From an uncultured Methanosarcinaceae archaeon (GTDB lineage Archaea; Halobacteriota; Methanosarcinia; Methanosarcinales; Methanosarcinaceae), in NCBI GenBank assembly GCA_963727895.1, contig CAVSHT010000003.1, positions 96,001 through 160,000 on the forward strand: a stretch of 64,000 bases of DNA. Reading direction: 5' to 3'. Below are positions 10,363-21,270 of the stretch, one piece after another. Each line of letters opens with the position of its first letter. Position 1 is the stretch's first letter. The notes beneath the pieces were generated by a model. That model made no database searches and had not been told where the DNA came from. It saw only the letters and a list, made by a program, of their open reading frames with translations. The position numbers and the translations under genes are program-made.

Positions 10363-12857
10363 GTTACTTCCCTCATTCCGCCTTGATTTTCTGATAAAAG
10401 GCTCTTTTTCTTTTGTAGAACCCTGTCACTTACTTTGGACGGGAACACCGTAATGATGGCTTCATTTTCGTGTTTATTTAACGAGTTCGTTAATAGCAAG
10501 CTCCTTTTATTTTGAAGAATCCCGTCATTTACTTTAGATTTAAATATCGTACTGAAGGGCTGATTTTCGTGTTTATTTAAAGAGCTCAAAGCCATAAGGT
10601 AGCAAATTATGGATTCCGCACCCTGGTTGCAGTTCATGCCATCGGAGTTGAGCCCGTCACATACTGCACCTGTCGAATAATCGTACATAACAGCTTGCAA
10701 GCGGTTTCTACCTAGAAAATATTCAAAAGAACATTTTGCGAGTTCCAGATATTTCCTTTCACGCACAATCTCATAGGCTGAAACATAAGCCTGAGTCAGA
10801 TAACCTGCCTCTATAGGCTGCTGGTCAAAAAGCGGTTTTTTTCCATTATAGGAATACCAGCCGTGATTTCCAACTAGATCAAAAAAGTCGCCTCTCCATT
10901 GAATCTCAGTAAGAAAATTCAGGGTATCAAGGCCAATTTTTCTGTAAGTTCTGTCTTTAGTGTAATTATACGCCAGTAAAAGGGATTCACTTAGTTTTGC
11001 ATTGCTATAGGTAACTGTAGGTTCGAACCAGTTCCAGTCTTCTTTATAGTTAGCCTCATATAAGTCAACCAGGGAATCCGCATGGCTGATAAATATGGAT
11101 TCAAATTTGTCTCTGTCTACAAGAGAATCTATGGACTTGACTGTATCTCTGCGTGAGTTAAATACAGATTTAAATTCATCAGCATCCACATCTGTCCTGA
11201 GCATCTCATACAAACCGCATATTGTATAGGCTTTTGCTCTCGGAGAATCCAGATTTTCAATTTCCTGCCTGGATTTTCGGATCAGGGTATTTGCAAGGGT
11301 ACGCAGATTTTTTGAAAGGTAAGGGCAGCTCACCACATGTCCGAGTCCATAAATTGCACGCCCTAAAGTGTCTTCACTACCTTTTTCATCCAAAAATTCC
11401 CTTTTATAACTCATGAAGTTATGAAAGTGACCCGTGTCGGTCTGGGCATGTTCAAGAAAGCTCATGTATGTAGTAATTAACTTACGAAACTCTTCGGCTT
11501 TTTTCGGGCTATCTATCAGTTGTGTTAGTGCAACAAGAGCTCGGCTTATATCATCAGTACTGTATCCATAACGGCGAGACGGTACACCAAGATTGGTGTG
11601 CTGGATAATTCCCACGTCATCAGTCAATAGCTTAAGATGATCAAGTTTAACTTCAGGCAGCTGAATAGGAAGGAAATTAAATCTGTTTTGTATTCCGGGA
11701 TAGGTACTGTAATTCTTTAAAGCCTTATTGAAAACAATATTATATTCTTTACCTACATTTTTCCATGTCATTTTTCTGCCAAAATCATATGCCTTTTTGC
11801 GCATATCATTACATTCTTCCGGATTTTCAATTAAGTATAGTAGGGATTTTTTAAAGCCATCAGTGTTTCCAAAATCTACAAGTAGCCCACGATTTTCGGA
11901 AAGCATTTCCTGGGCATACCAGTAAGGAGTGGATACTATTGCTTTTCCCATACCCATTGCATAGGTCAGAGCACCACTTACTACCTGTTCTCTGGAAAGG
12001 TAAGGGGATACGTAAATATCACTGGCAAGGATATAATTGCAGAGTTCTTCTTTTTCGACAAATTTGTCGTGGAATATTACATTGTTTTCAAGCCCGAGTT
12101 CGGAAACCTTGTTTTCAAGATAATGCCTGTATGCTTCTCCCTGAGTCTTTTTGACCATCGGGTGTGTGGCACCCAGTACAAGGTAAATAAGGTCAGGATA
12201 CTGGCTTACAACTTCAGGAAGAGCCTCGAGCACACTTTCAATACCTTTATTCTGGCTCAGCAGGCCGAAAGTAAGGATAAGCGGAGCCCCTTTCAGATTC
12301 AGCATCTTTTTGTACTTACTGCAGTTGTTAAATGGGCAGTCAGGTACTCCATGAAATATTAATTCTATCTTGTCCTCAGGAGCTTTATAAACGTCTTTTA
12401 ACATGTCGATTGAAGACTGGCTCATCACAACAAGCTTTTCGGAATATCTGATAAGTTTTTCTGTGGATACCCGGTACTCAGGTTCAGGTTCTCGAATTAC
12501 AGTATGCATTGTGGTTATTACAGGCTTATTTATTCCAGATAGAAGAGCAAAAATGTAATCTCCTGCATCCCCACCAAAAAGACCGAATTCATGCTGAAGA
12601 CATACGATATCAGCATCAGATTGATTTATATAATCTGCAGCCAGGTAATAATCCTCGATCCTGTCCCTCTGAATTTGAAAAACGACTTCTTCCGAATAAT
12701 TATAAGTTTCAGAAGGATCACTCAAAGCAATAACTTCACAATGAACGTCTTTATATTTTCTAGAAACTGAATTTAAAAGATCAGAAGTGAATGTAGCAAT
12801 CCCACATTCTTTTGGAACATAAGTTCCTATAAATAATACTCTCAATTGTTTCTTCAA
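10359..12857 (-). CDS. GT4 glycosyltransferase fused to a C-terminal (alpha/alpha)-toroid-like domain
   Basis: CGIATFT, QHEFGLFGG, SGALTYA..GKAIVSTPY; C-terminal GIIQH, YSTDD..RAL, FDQQPIE and NQGAES motifs. Confidence 0.88.
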   Translation of the reverse strand: MKKQLRVLFIGTYVPKECGIATFTSDLLNSVSRKYKDVHCEVIALSDPSETYNYSEEVVFQIQRDRIEDYYLAADYINQSDADIVCLQHEFGLFGGDAGDYIFALLSGINKPVITTMHTVIREPEPEYRVSTEKLIRYSEKLVVMSQSSIDMLKDVYKAPEDKIELIFHGVPDCPFNNCSKYKKMLNLKGAPLILTFGLLSQNKGIESVLEALPEVVSQYPDLIYLVLGATHPMVKKTQGEAYRHYLENKVSELGLENNVIFHDKFVEKEELCNYILASDIYVSPYLSREQVVSGALTYAMGMGKAIVSTPYWYAQEMLSENRGLLVDFGNTDGFKKSLLYLIENPEECNDMRKKAYDFGRKMTWKNVGKEYNIVFNKALKNYSTYPGIQNRFNFLPIQLPEVKLDHLKLLTDDVGIIQHTNLGVPSRRYGYSTDDISRALVALTQLIDSPKKAEEFRKLITTYMSFLEHAQTDTGHFHNFMSYKREFLDEKGSEDTLGRAIYGLGHVVSCPYLSKNLRTLANTLIRKSRQEIENLDSPRAKAYTICGLYEMLRTDVDADEFKSVFNSRRDTVKSIDSLVDRDKFESIFISHADSLVDLYEANYKEDWNWFEPTVTYSNAKLSESLLLAYNYTKDRTYRKIGLDTLNFLTEIQWRGDFFDLVGNHGWYSYNGKKPLFDQQPIEAGYLTQAYVSAYEIVRERKYLELAKCSFEYFLGRNRLQAVMYDYSTGAVCDGLNSDGMNCNQGAESIICYLMALSSLNKHENQPFSTIFKSKVNDGILQNKRSLLLTNSLNKHENEAIITVFPSKVSDRVLQKKKSLLSENQGGMREVT

Positions 12858-13048
12858 ATAATCCCTCCAAACTTACATTGATTTATATACTTTTTGATAT
12901 CTGGTCGTGCCCTCGAGTTACTTAAAATAGTGAGCATAATAATATCTCATCATTTTCCTCAAATGCAAGGAAAGTACTCTTTTTTCAAAATAGATCCATA
13001 ATTCACGGACACTATCAAAATCTAGACCAAGATAAAATTTCAGATCAA

Positions 13049-13176
13049 GATCTCACCCCAAAACTCAAAATTGATTCCCTAAATCTCAAATTTTGAACCA
13101 TAGGTCGAGTTTCTTGTCATGGAATATAGTTTTGAAACTTTTATTGATTTAAGAAACTTGGTTTGGGGATGAGCTC
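13049..13176. mobile_element. MITE family A copy
   Basis: GATCTCACCCCAAAAC ... GGTTTGGGGATGAGCTC; interior similar to the 9200 copy; partial copy starts at 13437. Confidence 0.75.
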
Positions 13177-13622
13177 ATACATAAGAATTTCAGTCAATGG
13201 ATTCCTAAAAAATAGAATATTTTATAGTCCCATATATTAAAAATCTCAGTATTCTTCATGCAGACTCTTTATCCGTAAATCATTATTGAATCGAGTCTTG
13301 CAGTGCCGATTTTTGTCCAGTATTTGCAAATACTACAATACTGAGTCTCGCCATCTGAGCGCAATTTAAGGTTCGAGTGGCATTTTGGACATATTTTTAA
13401 ATGTTTCATGAATAAAACTCCTTGAATTTTAATTTTAAGCTCATTCCAAAACTCAAAATTGATTCCCTAATTGATTCCCTTAGTATTGAATTTTAAATGA
13501 TTAATCAAGTTTTTCGCATACCATTTTTAATCGCCTTTTAATGGTATACCACCTTACCACCCATTTTCAGTGCTCAATTTTCAGCAAACTGATTATTCGT
13601 CTTTTGTAGTCACATGGTTATA

Positions 13623-14072
13623 TTATGCAAAGTTGTCTATAATTCCTTTAATCTCTTCTTTTGACACTATTACTATTACATCTTTAGTTTCACTGAATGA
13701 GTCAGGATCATATGCAAGCAGGCACATTCCAAACGCATCACAAGCAATTAATAAATCATCCGAACACACACCAGCCAATTCACGAGCAATCTCTTCTGCG
13801 GTGATCTCCTCCACATGATCTACACTTACAACGTTGTTCTCCTTGTAGCGCCTTATAGGAGTAAAACCCTCAAGATGAAATTTAATTCCTTGCTTTACTG
13901 TTTGATCATATGCTTTTGAGATAATGTTAAAGAGATCTAGTACAGTCTGTGTTTCTGGATTCCAGTGATTAGCATAAAATTTCAGAATGTCAGTCTTTAC
14001 ATTAAAGTTAAAATCGGATATATTCGATTTTTCCATAGATTTTTCCATAGATTTTTCCATAGATTTTTCCAT
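13623..14072 (-). CDS. Hypothetical protein with N-terminal (MEKS)x4
   Basis: 149-aa ORF; 12-bp tandem repeat at the start; AAGGA upstream. Confidence 0.55.
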   Translation of the reverse strand: MEKSMEKSMEKSMEKSNISDFNFNVKTDILKFYANHWNPETQTVLDLFNIISKAYDQTVKQGIKFHLEGFTPIRRYKENNVVSVDHVEEITAEEIARELAGVCSDDLLIACDAFGMCLLAYDPDSFSETKDVIVIVSKEEIKGIIDNFA

Positions 14073-14315
14073 ATTATCCTTCGTTTTCCATAGTGTTTTT
14101 TGATTATTCTTTCGGTTTTTGTTTCCTTATGAATACCCTAACATCTTCACCAACATGATTGCAATCTACATACACCGTCCAATTCTTTGTGATAATAGGG
14201 TGTGTCTCTGTTTTCTCCCTTTAAAGCAAAGACTTGTTCTCATATGTTTAAAATCCATACAGTAGGACTTCCTAAAACCCATGATTAAATCCCCATTAAA
14301 CAACAATTTTATTTT

Positions 14316-14433
14316 TAAGACTTAAGCCGTTGAATTGCAAAATCATTATGCTTTAGACCTTCAACTCTCTAAAACACACATTTAGCTGCAACGTCTAATG
14401 TGCTTGATTTTGTACCTAAGTGCGTAAGTCCTA
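14316..14433. mobile_element. MITE family B copy (inverted, diverged)
   Basis: Aligns by eye to the reverse complement of 9058-9175; ends in TGCGTAAGTCCTA. Confidence 0.75.
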
Positions 14434-14999
14434 TTTTTCTGATCCCCGGATTCTAGTGCAATCTTTTTCATTGTCCATGCTTCTGAAGAAGTGACCCCAC
14501 AAGTCGCCACTATTATTTCAGTACCAGACCCCCCAATTAAGCACTTATTAAACTTGTTCATCTTTCGGAGTTGTGTAGATGTGACCCCATGCAATTGTAA
14601 TTCATGTGTGGTGAGCCCTTTTACTCGCAATTTGAAAGCATCTACGATTGAAATATTTACAGGTCCGATTGCTTTCAAATATGGCTGCATTTCTTTATTT
14701 TTTTCTATGAAATTCATCTTCGATGTGTACGAATTGCGCATTTTTAGAGTTTTCAGTTCCTCTCTTGCTCTTTTTCTGATACTTCGCAGGTCACAACAGA
14801 AACAGGTTGACCATCCTCCCAGATCTGTTGCAATTTGCGCGCCATGTTTGCCCTCTGAAGCAGCAGCAGTATAAGCTTTTAACGTCTCTTTTTGCTAATT
14901 GGGAAGCTGTAGTTCGTCAAATGGAACTCCCAAGCACAGTTTCTTATATTCTCTCTTAAGCTCGATTTGGTCTCTTGAGCTTGGTTTTTTAATAGACAT
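14382..14999 (-). pseudogene. Hypothetical protein with in-frame TAG at codon 35; C-terminus supplied by MITE B
   Basis: ATG at 14999 behind a GGGGG RBS is in frame with ORF 14382-14741; the only interruption is TAG at 14897-14895. Confidence 0.6.
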
Positions 15000-15259
15000 G
15001 TTTTTCAACCCCCCCTTTCTAAACTTTGGGTTTAATTCCCATTCTCCCGGACTTAGTAACCCGGAGAGCAATTATTGAGAAAGTTTTTCAATAATTTATA
15101 GTCGTCATCTGACGTATCGAAGCTATCGATTGAAGCTTATTTGAGCGTATGCTGGTTATTCAGATCAACTGATTGATTGGGTCAAAGATTCTAATTATAT
15201 TAGATATCTAGCTAAAAAACTAGGAAACCAGCTAATTTCAATATTAGCTTTTTTCAAGC

Positions 15260-15493
15260 TTATTCCCCTTGTTTGATCATTTCTTGAACCATTTGGATGT
15301 TAGCTATAGCCTTTTTCTTTAGCTCGATCATCTTTTCCATATCATTTATTTTTGTTTCTATCCACTGTATTTTCATATCCATCTTCATTACTGTGATTTT
15401 CTTTTTCTGTTCTTCAGTTAAAAATCCCCATATCTCAGATATCGATTCATCATGTATCATTAAATGTGTTCCTGTTGAATGTTCTTTAAACAT
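15260..15493 (-). CDS. Small coiled-coil hypothetical protein
   Basis: 77-aa ORF, AGGGGT RBS, heptad-like pattern. Confidence 0.7.
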   Translation of the reverse strand: MFKEHSTGTHLMIHDESISEIWGFLTEEQKKKITVMKMDMKIQWIETKINDMEKMIELKKKAIANIQMVQEMIKQGE

Positions 15494-15858
15494 GTTTAAT
15501 TACCCCTTTATATTAAAAAACAAATTTTAGATAAATCTAGAGAATGTATTTATAGGCCTTTTTAATCTTTTATGGCGTCTGTAAACCTATAAATGTAAAT
15601 CAAGATGAATAGATGATTACAGTAGTCATTTTAACGTTAACAAATTCCTTAACCGAATGCAAATGAAAGGATACTATTAATTTTACTAGCAATTGACTGC
15701 AAGCAAAACAGTAAATATTTTGTTATTTGTTTTAACATTTTATTCACCCATTGTCTTGCTCATGAATTATTGATATGAGAATATTGATATGAGAATTACT
15801 GATTTTATATAATATTAATGAGATATTCTTCTTGCGAAGCTTCTCCAAAGAAAACCGC

Positions 15859-15954
15859 TTACTTTATTTTCAAGCTTCCTTCTGCGATTTTTGTTGGCCT
15901 GACTTTTTCTTTTGCATCTTCCTTTGTAGTCTCTACTTTCTTAGTATCTATCAT
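15859..15954 (-). CDS. 31-aa small protein MIDTKKVETTKEDAKEKVRPTKIAEGSLKIK
   Basis: Hand-translated; AAGGAG RBS; below the ORF-track cutoff. Confidence 0.45.
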   Translation of the reverse strand: MIDTKKVETTKEDAKEKVRPTKIAEGSLKIK

Positions 15955-16570
15955 ATATTATACTCCTTTGTTTGTTTACCTGTATTGTTTTTAAAATGCT
16001 GGCCAACTCAACTTCCAATAAAATTACTATTCCATTAAACGGTAAGTAAAGTTATGATTGGTCACCGAAATACGATGACTCGACAAACTATATTGTATCT
16101 CAGCAATCTATCCTAGATATCTCTAGATCTATATATACATATGGATTCACTAAATATCTTTACATCTAAATATATAGGATTGGTAAATACTATAAACATA
16201 TGGAATGGACATGTATATTTATGTATTTGTTCAAGGAAAATGATCTGTTATAAAAAAGTATTAAAAATGTTCGTATCAAGAGTTGAAGGCCTATTAGGAT
16301 CTGATAATCAATCTCTAAGTTTTGAATATACTTATAGAATTCTTCATCTCAAGGATCACAGCTGCAGGAGTATATAGCAATATTTCTACTTGAAAACGTA
16401 GCTTTCTCCTCATATACGTAAGATATATATGGTTATATATTTACAATATTATTTAATGCCCAAATATATATAATATGGGACCAATATATGTGATTACTAA
16501 AAAACATACTGTTTTAGTATTTTCTGTTTTTCGAGTATTAAAGTACTGAAAAATAACATAAGGAGTATTT

Positions 16571-16750
16571 ATGGATTATTCGATAACATCTAGGCAAAAA
16601 AATTTAGTAATAAAGTCTCTTAATTATATGGAAAGACATAAAAAAATTGATCAGTATTGCAAAGAATATTGCAAAAAGAGCTGGACTAACTTGTCCTTTG
16701 ATGAAGCAAGTAACTTAATCAGGATGCTTGATAAGATGGCTTGGCGATAA
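16571..16750 (+). CDS. 59-aa small protein
   Basis: Hand-translated MDYSITSRQKNLV...LSFDEASNLIRMLDKMAWR; AAGGAG RBS. Confidence 0.6.
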   Translation: MDYSITSRQKNLVIKSLNYMERHKKIDQYCKEYCKKSWTNLSFDEASNLIRMLDKMAWR

Positions 16751-16914
16751 TTATTTTTAGCTCTTCTGATTTAACCTTGAGGTTAAAACGTTCTACAAAT
16801 TATTCTAAATGCCTACAATGAATTTTATTTATGGTCTTGACACATTTGTATTCTCTTTTCTTAAAATCATTTAGATTCAATTCCAAAGAGACTTTTTGTT
16901 ATTTTTTTGTTTTT

Positions 16915-16990
16915 ATTTCAGGGAGAGCGAGCCTCTCGCAATTAATCTATACTTTTGTTGGCCTGGCTGGAATCTATCTGATAATAAACA
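16915..16990 (+). pseudogene. DUF378-like membrane protein remnant
   Basis: SLSQLIYTFVGLAGIYLI resembles the DUF378 C-terminal helix. Confidence 0.35.
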
Positions 16991-17173
16991 AGGTGAAATG
17001 TTTGGCTATGAAAAAGCATGGGCTTACAGAGAAAGAGTACCGGTATGGTGACAAGCAATACAGTTGAAGTGGAATTCAATAAACTATGGAAATCGTCTTC
17101 CATTATCGGGCTTATTTAGAATATGTTCTTGAATAATATGTGCTTGTAACGTCAAGTACATATTAATCTCTTT

Positions 17174-17913
17174 GGTATTGGTAAACAAAAATAGATATAT
17201 ATGCTTATAACATATATTTCTTCATGAACTGCCCAAAATGTAATAGTTCCAGTCACAAAAATAATGGTATAGTTGGCGGGCGTCAACGGTACAAATGCTC
17301 TGATTGTGGCTATAACTATACAGTAGAGCTAAAATCAACTGCTTTTTCCGCTTCTGTAAAAAGACAGGCTTTACAACTCTATCTTGAAGGATTGGGCTTT
17401 CGCTTAATAGGAAGAGTTTTAGGGGTAAGTCATGTTTCTGTCCAAAAATGGATAAAGAAATTTGGTCAGGAGTTAGAGGACCTAAAAAGTGAAAATGAGA
17501 TATCTATTGTTGAAATGGATGAGATGCACACTTACATCGGTAACAAAAAAAATATTGCTGGATCTGGATTGCTATTGATAGAGTTGGAAAAAAGTTCATC
17601 AACTGCTCTTTTGGTGGTAGAGGAACGGAAACTGGAAAACTACTCTGGGAAAAATTGAAGAAAAAAGAGATTGGAGAAGTGATGACCGATCACTGGAGAG
17701 CATATGCAGAGTTTCTTCTAGAAAAGAGTCATACTCAATCAAAAGCAGAAACATTTACAGTTGAGGGATATAACAGCATATTGAGGCATTTTCTAGCAAG
17801 ATTGAGAAGAAAAACAAAGTGTTATACAAAAAGTCTTGAAATGCTAAAGTACTCGGTTATTCTATTGATGAAATAAAGAAATAAAGAGTTAACTATGTTT
17901 AGTTAACAATGCC
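17174..17913 (+). mobile_element. IS1-family element, 740 bp, A8 frameshift site, no target-site duplication
   Basis: IRs GGTATTGG / AACAATGCC; ORFs 17224-17658 (Zn ribbon + HTH) and 17655-17876. Confidence 0.95.
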
Positions 17914-18135
17914 CGAATTTTGACTACAGGCTTTTTAGAATAAAGCTTATAATATCAAACAATCTTGGAAAAATCAAGTAGATGGTACAGGTTAGTCTCT
18001 TCTACTGTAGCTTTATAAAACCATTTCACTCAAAAATAATAACTATGCTCAAATTAACTAACTTTTTCCAAAATTTCATAACACGTTTTGCTTGAGCTAT
18101 GAGCTTTTCCAAGTAAATCTTAAAAAATAATTCTA

Positions 18136-18975
18136 TTAAATTCCTATTTCGTTGTAAAGTTTTCTCAACATAAGTGCATCTTCTTCCAGAACGGGACTTT
18201 CAATTATAGCCCTTCCTCTAACTTTGAATTCTTTTAAGGCCCTTATAAATTCGGAATAATTAAAATCCGATTCTTTCAGGTTTAGATGTCTCTTTTCCCC
18301 GTTAATGCCATATTCTACTCCTGCGACATGTATATGCATATTTAAAAGTCCTTCTTTTCCAAGACTATTCTCTACTCTTGATAGGATTTCTGTAAATTCG
18401 GAGTAAGAATTTTCGTTTCCTTCCCTCGCATGCAGATGGCAAAAATCAAGGCCGGGCATCACTCCTTCTATTTCTGCACTAAGGGCAAGTACTTCTTCCA
18501 GTGTTCCAAACTGCATACGTTTACCCATAGTTTCAGGGCGTAGAATTGCAGGGATTCCTTCATCCTGAAGTTGTGCGGTAATTTCTTTCAGAGCTTTTGA
18601 TATATTCTCATAAGTAGTCTGCCTACTACTTTTCTGATAAAATCCTGCATGCAGTACAATTGATTCAGCTCCGCAGAGGCTACCTATTCTTGCTGCCTGG
18701 TAAATTCTTTCCAGGCTTGCCTTTAATTTTTCTTCTTCATAAGAATTCAGGTTGATATAATATGGTGCATGGACACTCAGGGATACTTCTTCTTTATTTG
18801 CGGTTTCCAGGACGTTTTCTGCTCCTTTTTCACCCATCCTTACTCCCTGAACAAACTCAAGTTCCATGCAGTCGAGTCCAAGTTCCCGTATCTGTTTGAT
18901 TCCTGAGACACTGCTCGTTCCTTTTGTGCTTCTAGGAATTCCTCCTGTTCCAAAAAGCAATTTTTGTGAGGGCAT
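18136..18975 (-). CDS. Endonuclease IV-like TIM-barrel protein
   Basis: SVHAPYYINL, PETMGK, DFCHLHAR and HIH motifs. Confidence 0.88.
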   Translation of the reverse strand: MPSQKLLFGTGGIPRSTKGTSSVSGIKQIRELGLDCMELEFVQGVRMGEKGAENVLETANKEEVSLSVHAPYYINLNSYEEEKLKASLERIYQAARIGSLCGAESIVLHAGFYQKSSRQTTYENISKALKEITAQLQDEGIPAILRPETMGKRMQFGTLEEVLALSAEIEGVMPGLDFCHLHAREGNENSYSEFTEILSRVENSLGKEGLLNMHIHVAGVEYGINGEKRHLNLKESDFNYSEFIRALKEFKVRGRAIIESPVLEEDALMLRKLYNEIGI

Positions 18976-18989
18976 TTTTATGTGTCCTT

Positions 18990-19322
18990 TCAGAAAATTC
19001 CCACGAAATCCTTTAGCTGCTTTGCTCTTTCAGGAGACAGCCTTTCAGAAACCACTGCAACCAGCTCTTCCAGGTCTTCGTCCAGGGATTGGACATCCTC
19101 TTTTCCTTCCAGCGCAAGTCCTACAAGGTAATCAAGTTCTTCAGGGTCTAACCTTTCCAGTCTCTTTCTGAAATCTTCAGATGACTCGGCAAACTTATGT
19201 GAGACTGGGCGTAGAATAAAGGAAAACTGATGTCCTGCTCCTTTGGAAATTAAGCTTCCTCCAGCTTCGGGAACAAGTTTGTTAAAAATCTCAATATCCT
19301 TCGGTGTAAATTCTCTGGGCAT
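18990..19322 (-). CDS. Hypothetical protein
   Basis: 110-aa ORF co-oriented between coaD and the endonuclease IV-like gene. Confidence 0.75.
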   Translation of the reverse strand: MPREFTPKDIEIFNKLVPEAGGSLISKGAGHQFSFILRPVSHKFAESSEDFRKRLERLDPEELDYLVGLALEGKEDVQSLDEDLEELVAVVSERLSPERAKQLKDFVGIF

Positions 19323-19394
19323 ACTATCACTTTATGTTTCTGTCCTGACTTATAACCTGCTTAAATACTAAAAAGTCTTGGATTAGAAGATGGC

Positions 19395-19865
19395 TTAATG
19401 CTCAATATTTTTTTTCAGGTTGCCGTGCCTGTCAATTTCCCCATTTGCAATCCTTGTTGAGGAAATAGGGATTCCATCTTCTGCCATTACGTATTCAACG
19501 TATACGATTTTCAGGGGATGTTTCCTTTTTTCATCTCTGATGCGGTTAATTTTAAGGGCAACAGGATAAGTTTCAGGAGAAACGATTATAACGTCGAAGT
19601 CCTCTTCAAGACTAGGACCATAAGGGTCATTCAGCTTTGTAATTTCATATTTATCATCTGAAATTCCCTTTTTATTAATACATTGAAGCAGCCCGTTTCT
19701 CCTTTTTTCATAATTATCAACGCTATGACTTTTACTTAGCATCTCATCCGAGGTAAGTCCTATATAGACCTTTCCATCCTCTGCCATTTCAAATGCTTTT
19801 TCAATTAGTTTGGCGTGGCCATCATGAAAATACTGAAACGTACCGCCTACTGCGACCTTTGGCAT
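19395..19865 (-). CDS. coaD: Archaeal phosphopantetheine adenylyltransferase
   Basis: VAVGGTF..FHDGH, IIVSPET and ISSTRI motifs. Confidence 0.92.
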   Translation of the reverse strand: MPKVAVGGTFQYFHDGHAKLIEKAFEMAEDGKVYIGLTSDEMLSKSHSVDNYEKRRNGLLQCINKKGISDDKYEITKLNDPYGPSLEEDFDVIIVSPETYPVALKINRIRDEKRKHPLKIVYVEYVMAEDGIPISSTRIANGEIDRHGNLKKNIEH

Positions 19866-20148
19866 GATGGGTGATAATCTGCTAAGTAAAAAGAATTTTT
19901 GGTTTTTTCCGGATATTTGGAAATTTTTATTGTTTTTTCACTTCTCTCTCTTCTTTTTTCTAATGTAAACACTAACATAAATTTTCTAATTTTTCCTCTA
20001 TTTTTCTATTTTCCAACAATATAAATGTGCTTTATAGCTGCTTTAAAATACTTTCACCCTACCTACTCTAGCTATATATACCTGTAAAACTATTTTGGAG
20101 CAACTGTTATGCACCTTACAAAAACATGTGCATCTAGGAGAAGTTGTA

Positions 20149-21126
20149 ATGAGCGAAATAACACTCGAAGAGTTGCCCGGAGTTGGCCCTGCAACCGCAG
20201 AAAAACTCAAAGAAGCCGGATTTAATACCATTGAAGCAGTGGCTGTAGCCTCTCCTTCTGAACTTGCAAATACAGCCGAAATAGGGGAATCAACGGCTGC
20301 AAAAATCATTAATGCTGCAAGGCAAGCTGCTGATATTGGGGGCTTTGAGACCGGAGATGTCGTGCTTGAAAGGCGGAAAATGGTAGGCAAGCTGACTACC
20401 GGTTGTACGGAGTTTGATGAAATGATGGGTGGGGGTATAGAAACCCAGGCAATTACTGAACTGTACGGAGAATTCGGTTCCGGGAAAACCCAGCTGGCCC
20501 ACCAGCTTGCAGTCAATGTTCAGATGGACAGAGAGCACGGTGGACTTGATGGTTCAGTTATCATCATAGATACTGAAAACACTTTCAGACCTGAAAGAAT
20601 TGACCAGATGGTAAAAGGGCTTTCCGATAAGTATGGCATGGAACTTGATCCTGAAGAGTTCCTCCAAAATATCCATGTCGCCAGAGCATATAATTCCAAT
20701 CATCAAATACTTCTTGTGGAATCTGCAACAGACTTGGCAAACGAGCTTCAGGATATGGGTAAACCCGTTCGTCTGCTGATTGTTGACTCTCTTATGGCTC
20801 ACTTCAGGGCTGAGTATGTAGGAAGGGGGACCCTTGCCGATAGGCAGCAGAAACTCAACAAGCATATGCATGGCCTTCTCCGCTTCGGGGACTTATTTAA
20901 TGCCTGTGTAGTTGTAACAAATCAGGTCATGTCAAAACCTGATGCCTTCTTTGGTGACCCAACAAGGCCTGTTGGAGGACACATAGTCGGGCATACAGCA
21001 ACCTTCAGACTCTATCTGCGGAAATCCAAAGGAGATAAAAGGATTGTACGTCTGGTTGATTCTCCTAACCTTCCTGAAGGAGAAGCTGTTATTGCAGTCA
21101 CTACAGCCGGACTGACAGATCAGTGA
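20149..21126 (+). CDS. radA: DNA repair/recombination protein RadA
   Basis: HhH motif LPGVG, Walker [27 protein letters not shown] before ATG at 20149. Confidence 0.98.
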   Translation: MSEITLEELPGVGPATAEKLKEAGFNTIEAVAVASPSELANTAEIGESTAAKIINAARQAADIGGFETGDVVLERRKMVGKLTTGCTEFDEMMGGGIETQAITELYGEFGSGKTQLAHQLAVNVQMDREHGGLDGSVIIIDTENTFRPERIDQMVKGLSDKYGMELDPEEFLQNIHVARAYNSNHQILLVESATDLANELQDMGKPVRLLIVDSLMAHFRAEYVGRGTLADRQQKLNKHMHGLLRFGDLFNACVVVTNQVMSKPDAFFGDPTRPVGGHIVGHTATFRLYLRKSKGDKRIVRLVDSPNLPEGEAVIAVTTAGLTDQ

Positions 21127-21270
21127 AAGTAAGGATTGAGCTATAGTGATATTAAGGCGATTTGTTAACAAATGTGTTAATGAAAACTTACTGTCATAAA
21201 TCTATTAACTATAAACATATTCAAAGCTAGGTAAGGAAACGTTTTATCTATCCTTACTCAATCTTTTTTA

